From Macrostomum lignano (taxonomy: Eukaryota): 64,000 nt of DNA. The position numbers and the translations under genes are program-made. Where the stretch lies: contig NIVC01000625.1 in NCBI GenBank assembly GCA_002269645.1, positions 124,001 to 188,000 on the forward strand, in the 5' to 3' direction. The notes beneath the pieces are model-generated. The model was not told the DNA's origin. It did no database searches and was given only the letters and a program-made list of their open reading frames with translations. Below are positions 1 to 11,479 of this stretch, piece by piece. Positions within the stretch are counted from its first letter, which is position 1. Each line of letters begins with the position of its first letter.

Positions 1-174
1 ATTTTGGCGCCTAAAAAAGGCGCTATATTTTGGCGCCCTGAAGAAAAATTATTCATTAACACAACGAGTCACAAGGTGGGGTTGGGGGGGACAAAGCATT
101 GGCATATCCCCCCATTGCTTTTACTGGGGGGGGACATGTCCCCCTTGTCCCCCCCCCGGTTGGCGACGCGCCTG
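1..174. mobile_element. Probable right end of a non-autonomous DNA transposon, truncated by the window start
   Basis: GGGGGGGGACATGTCCCCCTTGTCCCCCCC subterminal palindrome followed by GGTTGGCGACGCGCCTG, a typical end structure of short CAG...CTG MITEs. The other end is not visible. Confidence 0.35.
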
Positions 175-1373
175 CCAGCTCGTATCTATAGTATTTGAAC
201 CTTTAGCGAGCGATGGTTAGTTGAATGATCGATGTGATTCTACAAGTGCTCGGTGCAGTGAAATTTTTTTTTCATTTCTATTTGCCAATTTATCTGCTTA
301 GCTCGTAGCCTTCAGAAAAATGACTCTTTTTGAAAAACGATACAAAACAAGGATGGCTTAATTCGATCTGGTTATGTCGATTATGCATTTTTTGATTATA
401 AAAACTGGCCTTACAAAAATCACAGAAAATTCGCGTCCCCGTACCTCTATACATTAGTTTCCGAATTTTCGATTTCACCATAAATTTTCAATAAAGAACA
501 ATGTTTCTGCAGAACAAAATCATTTATAAAATTTACAGCAAAACATTTACATTCATAATACGGACTATGACCTTAGGACGAACTGACAGTTATAAGCCAA
601 ATTTTATTTGTATTTTCTGTTGCTGTACATAGTTTCTTTTAAAAAGTTTCCTTGAGATTTTGTTCAATGCAATGCATTCTAAATAATAAGTATTCAATAA
701 CTTATTTATAGTCCGTTTGTTTTTTTACGTTGCACGTGGATGTGCTCCATTTGAGATATCAATGTTCCAAGAAACGAGCCATCACATTCATAGGGGCGAT
801 AATTTTACACACCCTCCACTGGCTGCTGTTTAAGAACCTGTTTCAGTTGTTGTCCAATATAATGCAAAAAGATGAGCAGTCTGATTAGTCATAATTAGTC
901 GCAAACGCGTATTATGTATAGTTTCATCTAAGTTACATGAATTGAATTGGATAGAATAAAAGATGCTGTGAATTAACCATTAAATTGAATCTTATCATAC
1001 TAAATCTACCATTCAGGAAAGGAATATGATATTAAGGATGTAGTAAGAAAATACGGATTTCAGACCATTATGATATATAGTGTTTTAGAATAGTAATATT
1101 TAGTTAGTATTTTAGATTTTTTTAAACTTTTTATATACATATTTTTAAGCTTCCAATTTTGTTTGTTAATTAAGAACTTTGTTTGATTTATTTTACCTAT
1201 TATTTCTAAACAAATATTATATTACAGTATTTTACTGTTGTCTCAAATGAAAAAACCCAATGTCAAGTTTTCTTATTAGACTTAGGTTCAAGCCTATATG
1301 AGACTTCAGATTTTTATATTTAAGCAAGGCAGGATTATAGTTCCATTTTTTTGTTTTGAAAATGAGTTGAAAG

Positions 1374-1560
1374 CAGTAGCACAACCTGAAATTTGTTAAG
1401 GGGCAGCTTCTGGAGGGTAAAGACCCAAGAGGGAGAGTAGAGGGGATGGCTCTGTATTTTGATAAAAATTTGCTTGGCCTGTTCCTTTAAATTCCCTCTG
1501 TTTTTCTAGTCTCTACCTGAGAGGGGCTGCCTTTCTCCCTGCCCCCTGGTTGTGCCATTG
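1374..1560. mobile_element. hAT-type MITE, 187 bp
   Basis: TIRs CAGTAGCACAACC / GGTTGTGCCATTG (11 of 13 complementary), flanked by an 8-bp direct repeat GTTGAAAG / GTTGAAAA (7 of 8 identical). Confidence 0.7.
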
Positions 1561-2026
1561 GTTGAAAATATACATAAGTTAGAGCCAATTTAAAGCTTGA
1601 GAAATGGATATTAAAAACCTATAGCATTGGCACAAATAAGAGATGTAGCAGGGTATAGAAAATAGAAAGTATAAAAGTATAGGCTAGAGTCAACACACTT
1701 TATACCAAGGCTTATAGGCTATTACAAACATAAGTTTATGTATACGTGGATAATATGGTAAATTCAGCTTTTTATTGCCTTATACATAGCTTTAGCATAT
1801 TAATTTTATATTGGCACTTGATACAATGTGTGTTAACTGAGCAAAAGCCAATATAGCCATAAAGCCTATATTGTAGAGTATCTAGCAATTATTAAATTAC
1901 TAATTGACTCATGCCCCATTGTGCTTAGAAATTTTAATTAATTAGGGTGAATTTCGTTTATGCCTATTATTATTTGGGGATCACTATAGAAAATTCATTT
2001 TCTATTCTAATGCGATTTCTGTCCTG

Positions 2027-4328
2027 ATGCACCTGTGCAGTGCTGGGCCCAGTGCTTTGCGCCAGTTGTTGCTGTTAGCACTGCTTTCTATAGCGGTTTC
2101 TGCTGCACCTGACAAATGCAGCGTCTGCAACCGCCTGACAGAGGCTTTTGAGCAAGGCCTGCAGCGCACCGCCAAGGACAACTTTGGCGGGGGCAACACG
2201 CACTGGGAGGAGAGCCGCCTTGGCAGCTGGGCCAGCAGCGAAACTCGCCTTGTGGACATACAGGTAAAGCATTTGCATCCCAATTGCAGTTTTAATCCTC
2301 TACAAATAAATCTAATTGTTGTTTCACCAGCTCATCCAAATCCAGACACCCGAATCTCGAATTTGAGTATCCCGAATTCCAGAGTTCTGAATCCCAGAAT
2401 CCAAGAATCCCGAATCCCAATAACCTAGAATCCTGAATCCGAGAATCCCAAATCCCAGAATCTCGAATACTGAATCCGAGAATCCCAAATCCCAGAATCT
2501 CAAATCCTGAATCCGAGAATCCCGAATCCCAGAATCCCGAATCCCAGAATCCCGAATCCCAGAATCCCGAATCCCGAATCCCCGAATCCCGAATCCCAGA
2601 ATCTCGAATCCTGAATCCCAAAATCCAGAATCCCATCCCAGAATCTCGAATCCCATAATCCCAGAATCCCGGATCCCAGAATCTCGAATCCCCGAATCCC
2701 GAATCCCAGAATCCCGAATCCCACCATCTCGAATCCCGAATCTCGAATCCCAGAATCCCGGATCCCAAAATTCCGGATCCCAGAATCCTGGATCCCAAAA
2801 TTCCGGATCCCAGAATCCTGGATCCCAGAATCTCGAATCCCAGAATCCCCAATCCCGAATCCCAGAATCCGCGAATCCCAGAATCCCAAATCCCGAATCT
2901 ACGAATCCCAGTTTCGGACGCCCCATCAGGCAGCAACTGAGATGGCCATATAAAACCCTCCGCTGCCTGGCAGGAGCGCCTGTGCTCAGACGAAGGCAAG
3001 GAGGAGGCGGTGGCCTGTCACGCCCTGCTCGAGCAGTTCGAGGAGCCTCTCGAAGGCTGGTGGTTTGGCGACTTCCGCCGAGATCCGGGCAAATCCGCCG
3101 CCAAGGCTGCCGCCGCCCTGCGCGAACTGCTGTGCGTGCGGACCGGCGGCCTCTGCTGCCAGCACGGCGCCTTCGGGCCACAGTGCGCCGCCTGCCCCGT
3201 CTGCGGCCTGCGCGGCCACTGCGACGGCAATGGGACCCGCGCAGGCAGCGGCCGCTGCACCTGCGACTCCGGCTACCGGGGTGAGCTGTGCGACCAATGC
3301 GAGACCGGCCGCTACCTGGCCACCGCCGAGCCGCTCCTCTGTCTCGCCTGCCACCCCGCCTGCGGCTCCGCCGGCTGCGTTGACGGCCCCAGCGAGTCCA
3401 ACTGTCGCGACTGCGCCACCGGCTACCAGCCGGCCGAGGCCTCCGGCGCTGCCGACGGCAGAGTCTCCTGCATCGACGTGGACGAGTGCGCGGCCACGCC
3501 CGGGCCCTGCGCCGGGCCGAACGAAACCTGCGTGAACTCGCCCGGCAGCTTCGCCTGCGACTGTCTGCCCGGCTTCCAGAGACCCGCGGCTGGCGGCGAC
3601 TGCCAGCCCGCGGAGACCGCGGCTGGAACTGACGGCGATTCCGCGGAAACTGGTGGCGATTCCGCGGAAACTGGTGACGATTCCGCGGAAAGTAGCGGAG
3701 AATCCGCGGAAACTGGCGGAGAATCCGCGGAAACTGGCGGAGAATCCGCGGAAACTGGCGGAGAATCCGCGGAAACTGCTACTCCAGCTATGGATAAGGG
3801 TACGTTAGTGTTAGTTGTTACTGCATTCTTATATAACTGCAGCTAGTTACCACCGCTGCCCCCCTTCAACTCTCGCTGCCTCGTTACCACCGCTGCCCCC
3901 TCCTCAGTCCCTCAGTGAGCCACCGCTGCCCCCCTCAGTCCCTCAGTGAGCCACCGCTGCCCCCCCCCTCAGTCCCTCAGTGAGCCACCGCTGCCCCCCT
4001 CAGTCCCTCAGTGAGCCACCACTGCCTCACCCCCAGTCCCTCAGTGTGAGCCACCGCTGCCCCCCCCTCAGTCCCTCAGTGAGCCACCGCTGCCCCCCTC
4101 AGTCCCTCAGTGAGCCACCGCTGCCCCCCTCAGTCCCTCAGTGAGCCACCGCTGCCCCCCTCAGTCCCTCAGTGAGCCACCGCTGCCCCCCTCAGTCCCT
4201 CAGTGAGCCACCGCTGCCCCCCCAGTCCCTCAGTGAGCCACCGCTGCCCCTTCCCCCAGTCTCTGAGTGTGGACCGCAGCCTCTGAGACACCCAGCCGTC
4301 CTTCATCAATATTTCAGAGGAGCTGTGA
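2027..4328 (+). CDS. CRELD2: CRELD2-like protein (cysteine-rich with EGF-like domains), soluble ER form, 3 exons, 357 aa
   Basis: Exons 2027-2263, 2974-3799 and 4318-4328 join in phase (0, then 1) at GT-AG sites. Signal peptide, CSVC (CxxC), the CRELD WE-domain motif NFGGGNTHWEESRLGSWASSETRL, EGF/furin-like repeats, a Ca-binding EGF (CIDVDECAA...CVNSPGSFACDC) and C-terminal KEEL ER-retention signal. Confidence 0.9.
2349..2910. repeat. Degenerate 7-9-mer array (GAATCCC/CCCAGAATC) in CRELD intron 1
   Basis: Visible periodicity; explains the low-complexity ORFs at 2292-3181. Confidence 0.9.
3631..3777 (+). repeat. Coding 21-bp minisatellite, 7 units, encoding (G/D)G(D/E)SAET in CRELD exon 2
   Basis: Unit GGCGGAGAATCCGCGGAAACT, in frame. 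Confidence 0.9.
3850..4260. repeat. About 30-33-bp minisatellite (CTCAGTCCCTCAGTGAGCCACCGCTGCCCCCC) in CRELD intron 2
   Basis: About 12 units with a variable C-run. Confidence 0.9.
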
Positions 4329-4904
4329 GCGCCAAGGCCGCCCGCCCACCGAGACTCCCCAAGTTAATTGTGCCAATTCATTGAGTTCGTCTTGTGGACG
4401 TTCCTTTTTATCAGCAATTTCGCGAATAGAATATTAAAAATTAAAGTAAATGCTCTGCGCTTTCCTCACGTCGTGGCTGATTTTCAATTGCTCTCTGTTT
4501 CTGCCTCAGTTTGCTCCTCTCTGCTTTTATTTGCGCCCGTCTGCCTTCGATCGGGCAGCTTTTGTTGCCGCAATGAGCCGTGCAGTAATCCTGTTAACTG
4601 TTAGTCAGTTGTCCTGCTATGCCCAACCCAAGGTTAAATGTTCTCTTGCTTTGAAGTGACATTGTCTTGATTCTGAGTGTGTCAAATATAATTATATAAC
4701 TTACAACTGCCTTGATGTGACCAGTTGCTTCTTACAACTGGGGGATCAGCAAATCTAAACTTTTGTGCCAGTTTTTGCATTTCCTGCGTTTATTATTTGT
4801 TAACCGCGGAGTTCAACTCGCTTGAGTGGCTTCAGAGTGAACTCTCGGTCGATTAGAACCATGAAGGACAACTCAAGTATTGTCTTAAGCAGTTCTTGAT
4901 TAGA

Positions 4905-5590
4905 AGCCGCTCGGTTATTGGGTGACATCACTCCGGATTAGAAGCCGCTCGGTTATTGAGTGACATCACTCCGGACTAGAAGCCGCTCGGTTATTGAGTG
5001 ACATCACTCCGGATTAGAAGCCGCTCGGTTATTGAGTGACATCACTCCGGATTAGAAGCCGCTCGGTTATTGAGTGACATCACTCCGGACTAGAAGCCGC
5101 TCGGTTATTGAGTGACATCACTCCGGACTAGAAGCCGCTCGGTTATTGAGTGACATCACTCCGGATTAGAAGCCGCTCGGTTATTGAGTGACATCACTCC
5201 GGACTAGAAGCCGCTCGGTTATTGAGTGACATCACTCCGGACTAGAAGCCGCTCGGTTATTGAGTGACATCACTCCGGATTAGAAGCCGCTCATCTGGGT
5301 TAAGGAGTGACCCCACTCCGGACTAGAAGCCGCTCATCTGGGTTAAGGAGTGACCCCACTCCGGACTAGAAGCCGCTCATCTGGGTTAAGGAGTGACATC
5401 ACTTCGGACTAGAAGCCGCTCATCTGGGTTAAGGAGTGACATCACTTCGGACTAGAAGCCGCTCATCTGGGTTAAGGAGTGACCCCACTCCGGACTAGAA
5501 GCCGCTCATCTGGGTTAAGGAGTGACCCCACTCCGGACTAGAAGCCGCTCATCTGGGTTAAGGAGTGACATCACTCCGGACTAGAAGCCA
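4905..5590. repeat. Composite minisatellite: 38-bp units switching to related 43-bp units at about 5290
   Basis: GACATCACTCCGGA(T/C)TAGAAGCCGCTCGGTTATTGAGT, then GAC(CC/AT)CACTCCGGACTAGAAGCCGCTCATCTGGGTTAAGGAGT. Confidence 0.9.
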
Positions 5591-6139
5591 CTTGACCTGT
5601 ATCAGTCTGACATCACTCCAGGTGAGTAAAAATAACTGAACCAGTGAAATGAGCACACAGTTTTCCTTCAGAGTCATTGGGTGAGACAGAACGCGTCTGA
5701 CCCGGCCCCTCATACGAGCGTACAGATTGGAATTCAATAATTGTATTTTCAGAGTTGATGCAGCCACTTTAACATTATCCGTAGAGCAGAGATGCTGAGG
5801 ATTAAAGAAACAGTAACACAGTAACAAAGTATAAACAAATTATCGTACAATACAATAGCTGGTGTACAAAGTACAGCATCAGATGCATCCGTGAATAAGA
5901 ATTAATTTCAACACAAAGGCAAGGGTCTTCAGTTCTCAAATATACTCAATTTTTTGCGGCATAAGGTAAAGTTGGCGCACTTTCGAACTTTCAAAAAAAA
6001 TTAAAAAAACAAAAGCAGAGATACTGCAATTTAAAATATTCACAGCAAAGATAAAGCAATGAACACACCTACGGGGTTTTAAAACCACATGCTGTGCAAT
6101 GAAAATATTTTAATATTTTAGGACGTAATGATTCAGCCT

Positions 6140-7320
6140 GCATCTCAACTACCTGTCTGCCTACCACTGCACCTCAGCTACCTGTCTGCCCATCACTGCA
6201 CCTCTGCTACCTGTCTGTGTTCATCACCGCACCTCAGCCACCTGTCTGTGTTCATCACCGCACATCAGCCACCTGTCTGTGTTCATCACCGCACCTCAGC
6301 CACCTGTCTGTGTTCATCACCGCACATCAGCCACCTGTCTGTGTTCATCACCGCACATCAGCCACCTGTCTGTGTTCATCACCGCACATCAGCCACCTGT
6401 CTGTGTTCATCACCGCACATCAGCCACCTGTCTGCCCACCACCGCACCTCTGCCACCTGTCTGTGTTCATCACCGCACATCAGCCACCTGTCTGCCCATC
6501 ACTGCACCTCTGCTACCTGTCTGTGTTCATCACCGCACCTCAGCCACCTGTCTGTGTTCATCACCGCACATCAGCCACCTGTCTGCCCACCACCGCACCT
6601 CTGCCACCTGTCTGTGTTCATCACCGCACATCAGCCACCTGTCTGCCCACCACCGCACCTCTGCCACCTGTCTGTGTTCATCACCGCACATCAGCCACCT
6701 GTCTGCCCACCACCGCACCTCTGCCACCTGTCTGTGTTCATCACCGCACATCAGCCACCTGTCTGTGTTCATCACCGCACATCAGCCACCTGTCTGTGTT
6801 CATCACCGCACATCAGCCACCTGTCTGCCCACCACCGCACCTCTGCCACCTGTCTGTGTTCATCACCGCACATCAGCCACCTGTCTGTGTTCATCACCGC
6901 ACATCAGCCACCTGTCTGTGTTCATCACCGCACATCAGCCACCTGTCTGTGTTCATCACCGCACATCAGCCACCTGTCTGTGTTCATCACCGCACATCAG
7001 CCACCTGTCTGTGTTCATCACCGCACATCAGCCACCTGTCTGTGTTCATCACCGCACATCAGCCACCTGTCTGTGTTCATCACCGCACATCAGCCACCTG
7101 TCTGTGTTCATCACCGCACATCAGCTACCTGTCTGTGTTCATCACTGCACATCAGCCACCTGTCTGTGTTCATCACCGCACATCAGCCACCTGTCTGTGT
7201 TCATCACCGCACATCAGCCACCTGTCTGTGTTCATCACCGCACATCAGCCACCTGTCTGTGTTCATCACCGCACATCAGCTACCTGTCTGCCCATCACTG
7301 CACGTCTGCTACCTGTCTGC
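6140..7320. repeat. 31-bp minisatellite (CACATCAGCCACCTGTCTGTGTTCATCACCG) with shorter variants
   Basis: About 38 units; source of the three overlapping 350-412 aa ORFs. Confidence 0.95.
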
Positions 7321-7451
7321 CCAATTGCTAGACCATTCTGCCGCTATATTTTATCAGGCAATATAAGCTTAGATTTGAAAAAAAGTCAATCAGATTTGAA
7401 CCAGCACAGCTTATGATCAGTCTGAAAGTTAATAACGAAATCCCCAGTCAG

Positions 7452-8903
7452 TTACAGCAGTTGCTCAGCCTGGATGCTCCGCAGCGCCCGCTGAATGAGC
7501 TGCCTGAAGCCGCGTTCGTGCGCCAGGCTCATCATGAGCGACTCCATCGGCTTCTCAGACATCTTGGCGAGCATCACCGCGGTGCCGTGTTCGCCCGAGA
7601 ATGCGTTGAGGAACGCGGTCTCCTTGCCGGTGTCGGCGAGGCCGCTAAGCAGGCGGTGCAGCTCAGCGTCGGAGAGGCCGAGAGGCTGCTGCGAATCCGC
7701 GGCCTCCGGCAAAGACGAGGCAGCCGGGGCGGCGGCGGCCGACGGCACCGTCGTCTGGCGCTGCAGGTCGCCCGCCGGCGCGGTGCACATGCCGCTGTCT
7801 ATGGTGCCCACCGCGCTGCCAGCCGACTTCAGCCAAGTCTCTTCCGCTGCTGCCGCCTCATTTCCGCCTGCGGCCTCCGAGATGCCCGGCTGCAGCTGCT
7901 GCTCGAACAGCTCCTTGAGCTCCGGTCGGTCGGCGGCGAGCTCCTCGGCCGTGACGCCGTCGCTGTCCTCCTCCAGCGGGTCGGCGCCGCTGTCCAGCAG
8001 GAACCTGACCGCCCGAGCGGCCCCGGCACTCACAGCTGACATCAGCGGTGTCCACCGCTTGCCGCGGTGCTGCCTCTCGTCCAGGTTTACGCTGATGCCG
8101 GCATCTCTGGCGAACTGCAGCAGCGGGCTCAGCATGTCCTCCCTGTCCCGAGCTGCCATCATGTGAAGCACCGTGTCACCCGCCCGGTCATTCATGTGGA
8201 TGGCGGCAGACACCTGTCCCGCTGCGAGCCGGCCCTCCTCGATCAGCCTCTTTGTAACCCGCAGACCGGAGACGAGCACCTCCGTGGACTCCTCCAGCGC
8301 GCAGTGGTGCAGGAAGTTCCTACCGTCGTTGTCGTACAGTCGGTGAAGCTGGGTCGGCTCCCGGATCAGCAGGCGCTCCATCAGGCTGTCGGCTGAGCTG
8401 CCGCTCTGCGTGCTGAGCATGAGCAGACTTTCTCGATGGCGAGTCCGATCGTCAAGGGCGTCGGGGTTTCGCTTGACCGCAATGTCCACCAGCTTCTCGG
8501 CCCGCTCGCCCTGCTGCCTCGCCAGCGCGGACGCCATCGGGTTGTCGCCATCGCTGTTGTGGACTCTCAGCATCTCGGAGCTGTCCTCGAACGCCTTCAG
8601 GAGGATGTCCTCACAGTTGTCGCCCTCGCTGTACTGGTGCATCGCTGTAGCCAGGATTCTGGGGTACTCGAGCAGCAGGCGGCGCTGCATGTCCTGCGGC
8701 AGGGAGCGAAACCTCAGCGATTCCGGAGTCTCAGGAGCTGGGCCATCAGCTCCCAGACTTAACTGCTGCATTTGGTCTTCCACACTGATGTCGCTGGCTC
8801 TTGCAGGTTTTTTGCTTTTCTCTTCTAATTTTTTATCCATGAGCAAGTCTGCTTTTTTATTGGCTAGGTCTATTCTGCAATGCAAAACATCATTTTCATA
8901 CAT
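7452..8903 (-). CDS. Ankyrin-repeat protein with DSGxxT motif and C-terminal death-fold-like domain, paralog A (5' end uncertain)
   Basis: 483-aa ORF. Ankyrin motifs GRNFLHHCA, AGDTVLHMMAA, WTPLMSAVSAG...FLLDSGADP, DGVTAEELA; DSGMCT at 7782-7799; helical tail. A possible splice acceptor (ttgcag|) at 8875-8877 means the true start may be spliced or the internal MDKKL. Confidence 0.8.
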   Translation of the reverse strand: MYENDVLHCRIDLANKKADLLMDKKLEEKSKKPARASDISVEDQMQQLSLGADGPAPETPESLRFRSLPQDMQRRLLLEYPRILATAMHQYSEGDNCEDILLKAFEDSSEMLRVHNSDGDNPMASALARQQGERAEKLVDIAVKRNPDALDDRTRHRESLLMLSTQSGSSADSLMERLLIREPTQLHRLYDNDGRNFLHHCALEESTEVLVSGLRVTKRLIEEGRLAAGQVSAAIHMNDRAGDTVLHMMAARDREDMLSPLLQFARDAGISVNLDERQHRGKRWTPLMSAVSAGAARAVRFLLDSGADPLEEDSDGVTAEELAADRPELKELFEQQLQPGISEAAGGNEAAAAEETWLKSAGSAVGTIDSGMCTAPAGDLQRQTTVPSAAAAPAASSLPEAADSQQPLGLSDAELHRLLSGLADTGKETAFLNAFSGEHGTAVMLAKMSEKPMESLMMSLAHERGFRQLIQRALRSIQAEQLL

Positions 8904-10573
8904 TTTACATACATTTCTTTTAATTTTAACAGTCTATACCATATGCACTGATACTATACAAAGTATAGATATAAAAGTTTATGATAAGGAACTACAATTT
9001 TAGTTTATTAGATATTTTTTAAACAAAAAATTGTATGAATTAGACATAAACAGATATTTTTTTACTTATTTTTTGCTTTAACTAAATAATGGATTATTAT
9101 AAACTATTCAATTGTGATACAAAATATTTTGAATAACAAACAAGGTATTCATCACAGGTATGGATCCAGAAAATTTTAAATGGGAGGATGCAGATTACTA
9201 AGGTATATGTAATATACACTCAGCAACATCAAAAAGTCGCCATCACAGAAGATTCCTTTTTGAGAGGGCAGCAGGTAAAGTCTCTCAATCTTTGCGAGTG
9301 ACGCAACTTAGCTACACCGTGGCAGACTTGAGTTGAGGAACAAAGTGGGGGGAGTGGTGTGCAAGGGTTGGATGGATCATAGCTACCCCAATCAGTTTTC
9401 TTGTATATTTTATTTCAGAATAGTCCAAGAGAAATTGCTCACTGGCGCATAGAGTGGCAACTTTTCAACATTGCTGAGTATATATATATATATCATATAT
9501 ATGCATATCATATTACATATATGAGACAGGCATTAATAATAGCTCTAATACTTTTAAATTTTATTTGTTTTATGTTTGCCTTTCTTAGAAAAACCTTTAT
9601 TCAAATCTGCGCAAAATATTTGTTTGAATGTTGTGGTTTGCAAAAATATTTCTGCAATTATTATTTTGTTTAAACTATAATGCATTGTGGGTATAAATAG
9701 ACATGCTGAGCAGACTTGAGGAAGCAACCATTTGCTGCCTCTTGGTTTTTCGATAAGCAAATTTAGTTTGTTCTAAATATTGAAATCGCTTAAAGACTTA
9801 ATCATTTCTTAGAGTATAAGAGCCCCAATTGGGAGTATCAGAAACCGCTACAAGCGAGAAACCGCCTCAGGGCAGTAATAGTAAATTCGCCTCAGGGCAG
9901 GAGAACCGCCTCAGAGCGAGGGAAAGATCGCCTCAGGGCAGAGAAGGAGCACAAGCTGTGACCCTCTGATCCAGGGAACGCCCAGGACTGAGAGAATAAT
10001 ATTAGAGAAAGTATAGGAATAGAATAGACAGTGCTATTAGACCGCTTAGGCCAGAAAAGTACGATAGAAGTACATATGCTACCAATAGAAAGACAATTAA
10101 TAACCAGTAGAATTATTAAGGAGAAATAGCTTTATTACAACTTTGGGTGGCAGTTAGGATTCTCAGTGTACAGGGAAAAGCACTGTGACAACTTGGTAAC
10201 AGCAGAGGGATTTTGTATCGTACAGAAGAAACCCCTAGTACAACTTGGTGGCATAACAGTGGAATTCTCATAGAGAGCCAAAAGGCCTAGTAAAGCTAGC
10301 AAAAGAATAATTAAGAGCCCTGTAACATATATATATGTACACAATAATGTGTATTTTCCATATAAGAAATAAAAAAAAATCTAACTCAATGAAGGATGGC
10401 CTGTGTACCTCCCCCAAAGTCTGCCACTGATTCAATATTATTTATATAGTTTTAAAATATGATTAGGCCTAAAGTCTTTGCAAATATATTTTAACTAGGC
10501 CTAAGCCCTAAGGCTATAGCTTCATTAAACTCGTTGTATAGGCCTAGACATTATGTTATATGAATGGTGAAAG

Positions 10574-11479
10574 ACCTGTATAACTTTCGCCGACACATTT
10601 TCAGACAGATCTTCCGACACATTTTACGACACTTAAAATGTCGCAAAGTGTCAGAAAAAGTGTTGGAAAAGTTGACATTCGCCGACACATATTTTCCGAC
10701 ACCTAAAGTAATGCTGCAGTGTCTGATGCTTTACTTCTGCCAACACATCTTCCGACACTTAAAATGTCACTTCTTAGAGCGAGGTCATATACATGTAGCT
10801 CGTACTATTCATGTTAGCTTCATGTATGTTTGTTAAGGTACTGCAGCAGACTGCAGTGTTGCGCATCATTTAGTTGCATCAATTGATATACACACGTATA
10901 TGTACATGTAATAGTTGGCATTTTCTGATTACAAACAGTACGAGCGTATGTATTGTAAATGAGGGCATGATATTTTCAGTGTCAAATGTATTCGCAGTCA
11001 AATTAATACAAAAAAATGCTAGCTATAATTACTAAGTAAATACATAATACTAAATCCCAGTGAAGTCAGAATATCAGATAATCGTAGTATGGCACTCCAA
11101 AGTAATACGAATCGAAAGCTCGATCTAATTAATGTCCAAATTTTTGAACATTACGGATACTAACTTTTTCGAAATACTTTGTGCATACATGTAGCTACAT
11201 TTACATGACCTCGCTCTAAGAAGTGACATTTTAAGTGTTGGAAGATGTGTTGGCAGAAGTAAAGCATCAGACACTGCAGCATTACTTTAGGTGTCGGAAA
11301 ATATGTGTCTGCAAATGTTAACTTTTACGACACTTAAAATGTCGCAAAAAGTGTCGGAAGATCTGTCTGAAAATGTGTCGGCAAAAGTTAACCGTTGCGA
11401 CACTTTTTGCGACATTTTAAGTGTCGTAAAATGTGTCGGAAGATCTGTCTGAAAATGTGTCGGCAAAAGTTATACAGGT
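10574..11479. mobile_element. Foldback/MITE-like element with long internally repetitive inverted arms
   Basis: Left arm 10574 to about 10800 (ACCTGTATAACTTT...GAGCGAGGTCAT) is the reverse complement of the right arm about 11200-11479. The arms are built from CGACAC/GTGTCG sub-repeats. No clear TSD. Confidence 0.75.

Noticed and set aside
6128-7416. Three overlapping 350-412 aa His/Cys-rich ORFs
   Set aside because: Translations of a stop-free 31-bp array, open in all three frames; no coding signal.
7413-8762. Plus-strand ORFs antisense to the ankyrin genes (and similar ones opposite NHL, TRP and the ATPase)
   Set aside because: Shadow ORFs expected opposite GC-rich coding sequence.
9140-9330. 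Second small MITE (CAGGTATGGATCCAG...TAGCTACACCGTG)
   Set aside because: Termini are too degenerate and there is no TSD.
9770-10327. Possible solo LTR (minus strand TGTTACA...AGAACA, AATAAA, short CGCCTCAGGGCAG repeats)
   Set aside because: No matching TSD, PBS, PPT or second copy; cannot be supported without a repeat library.
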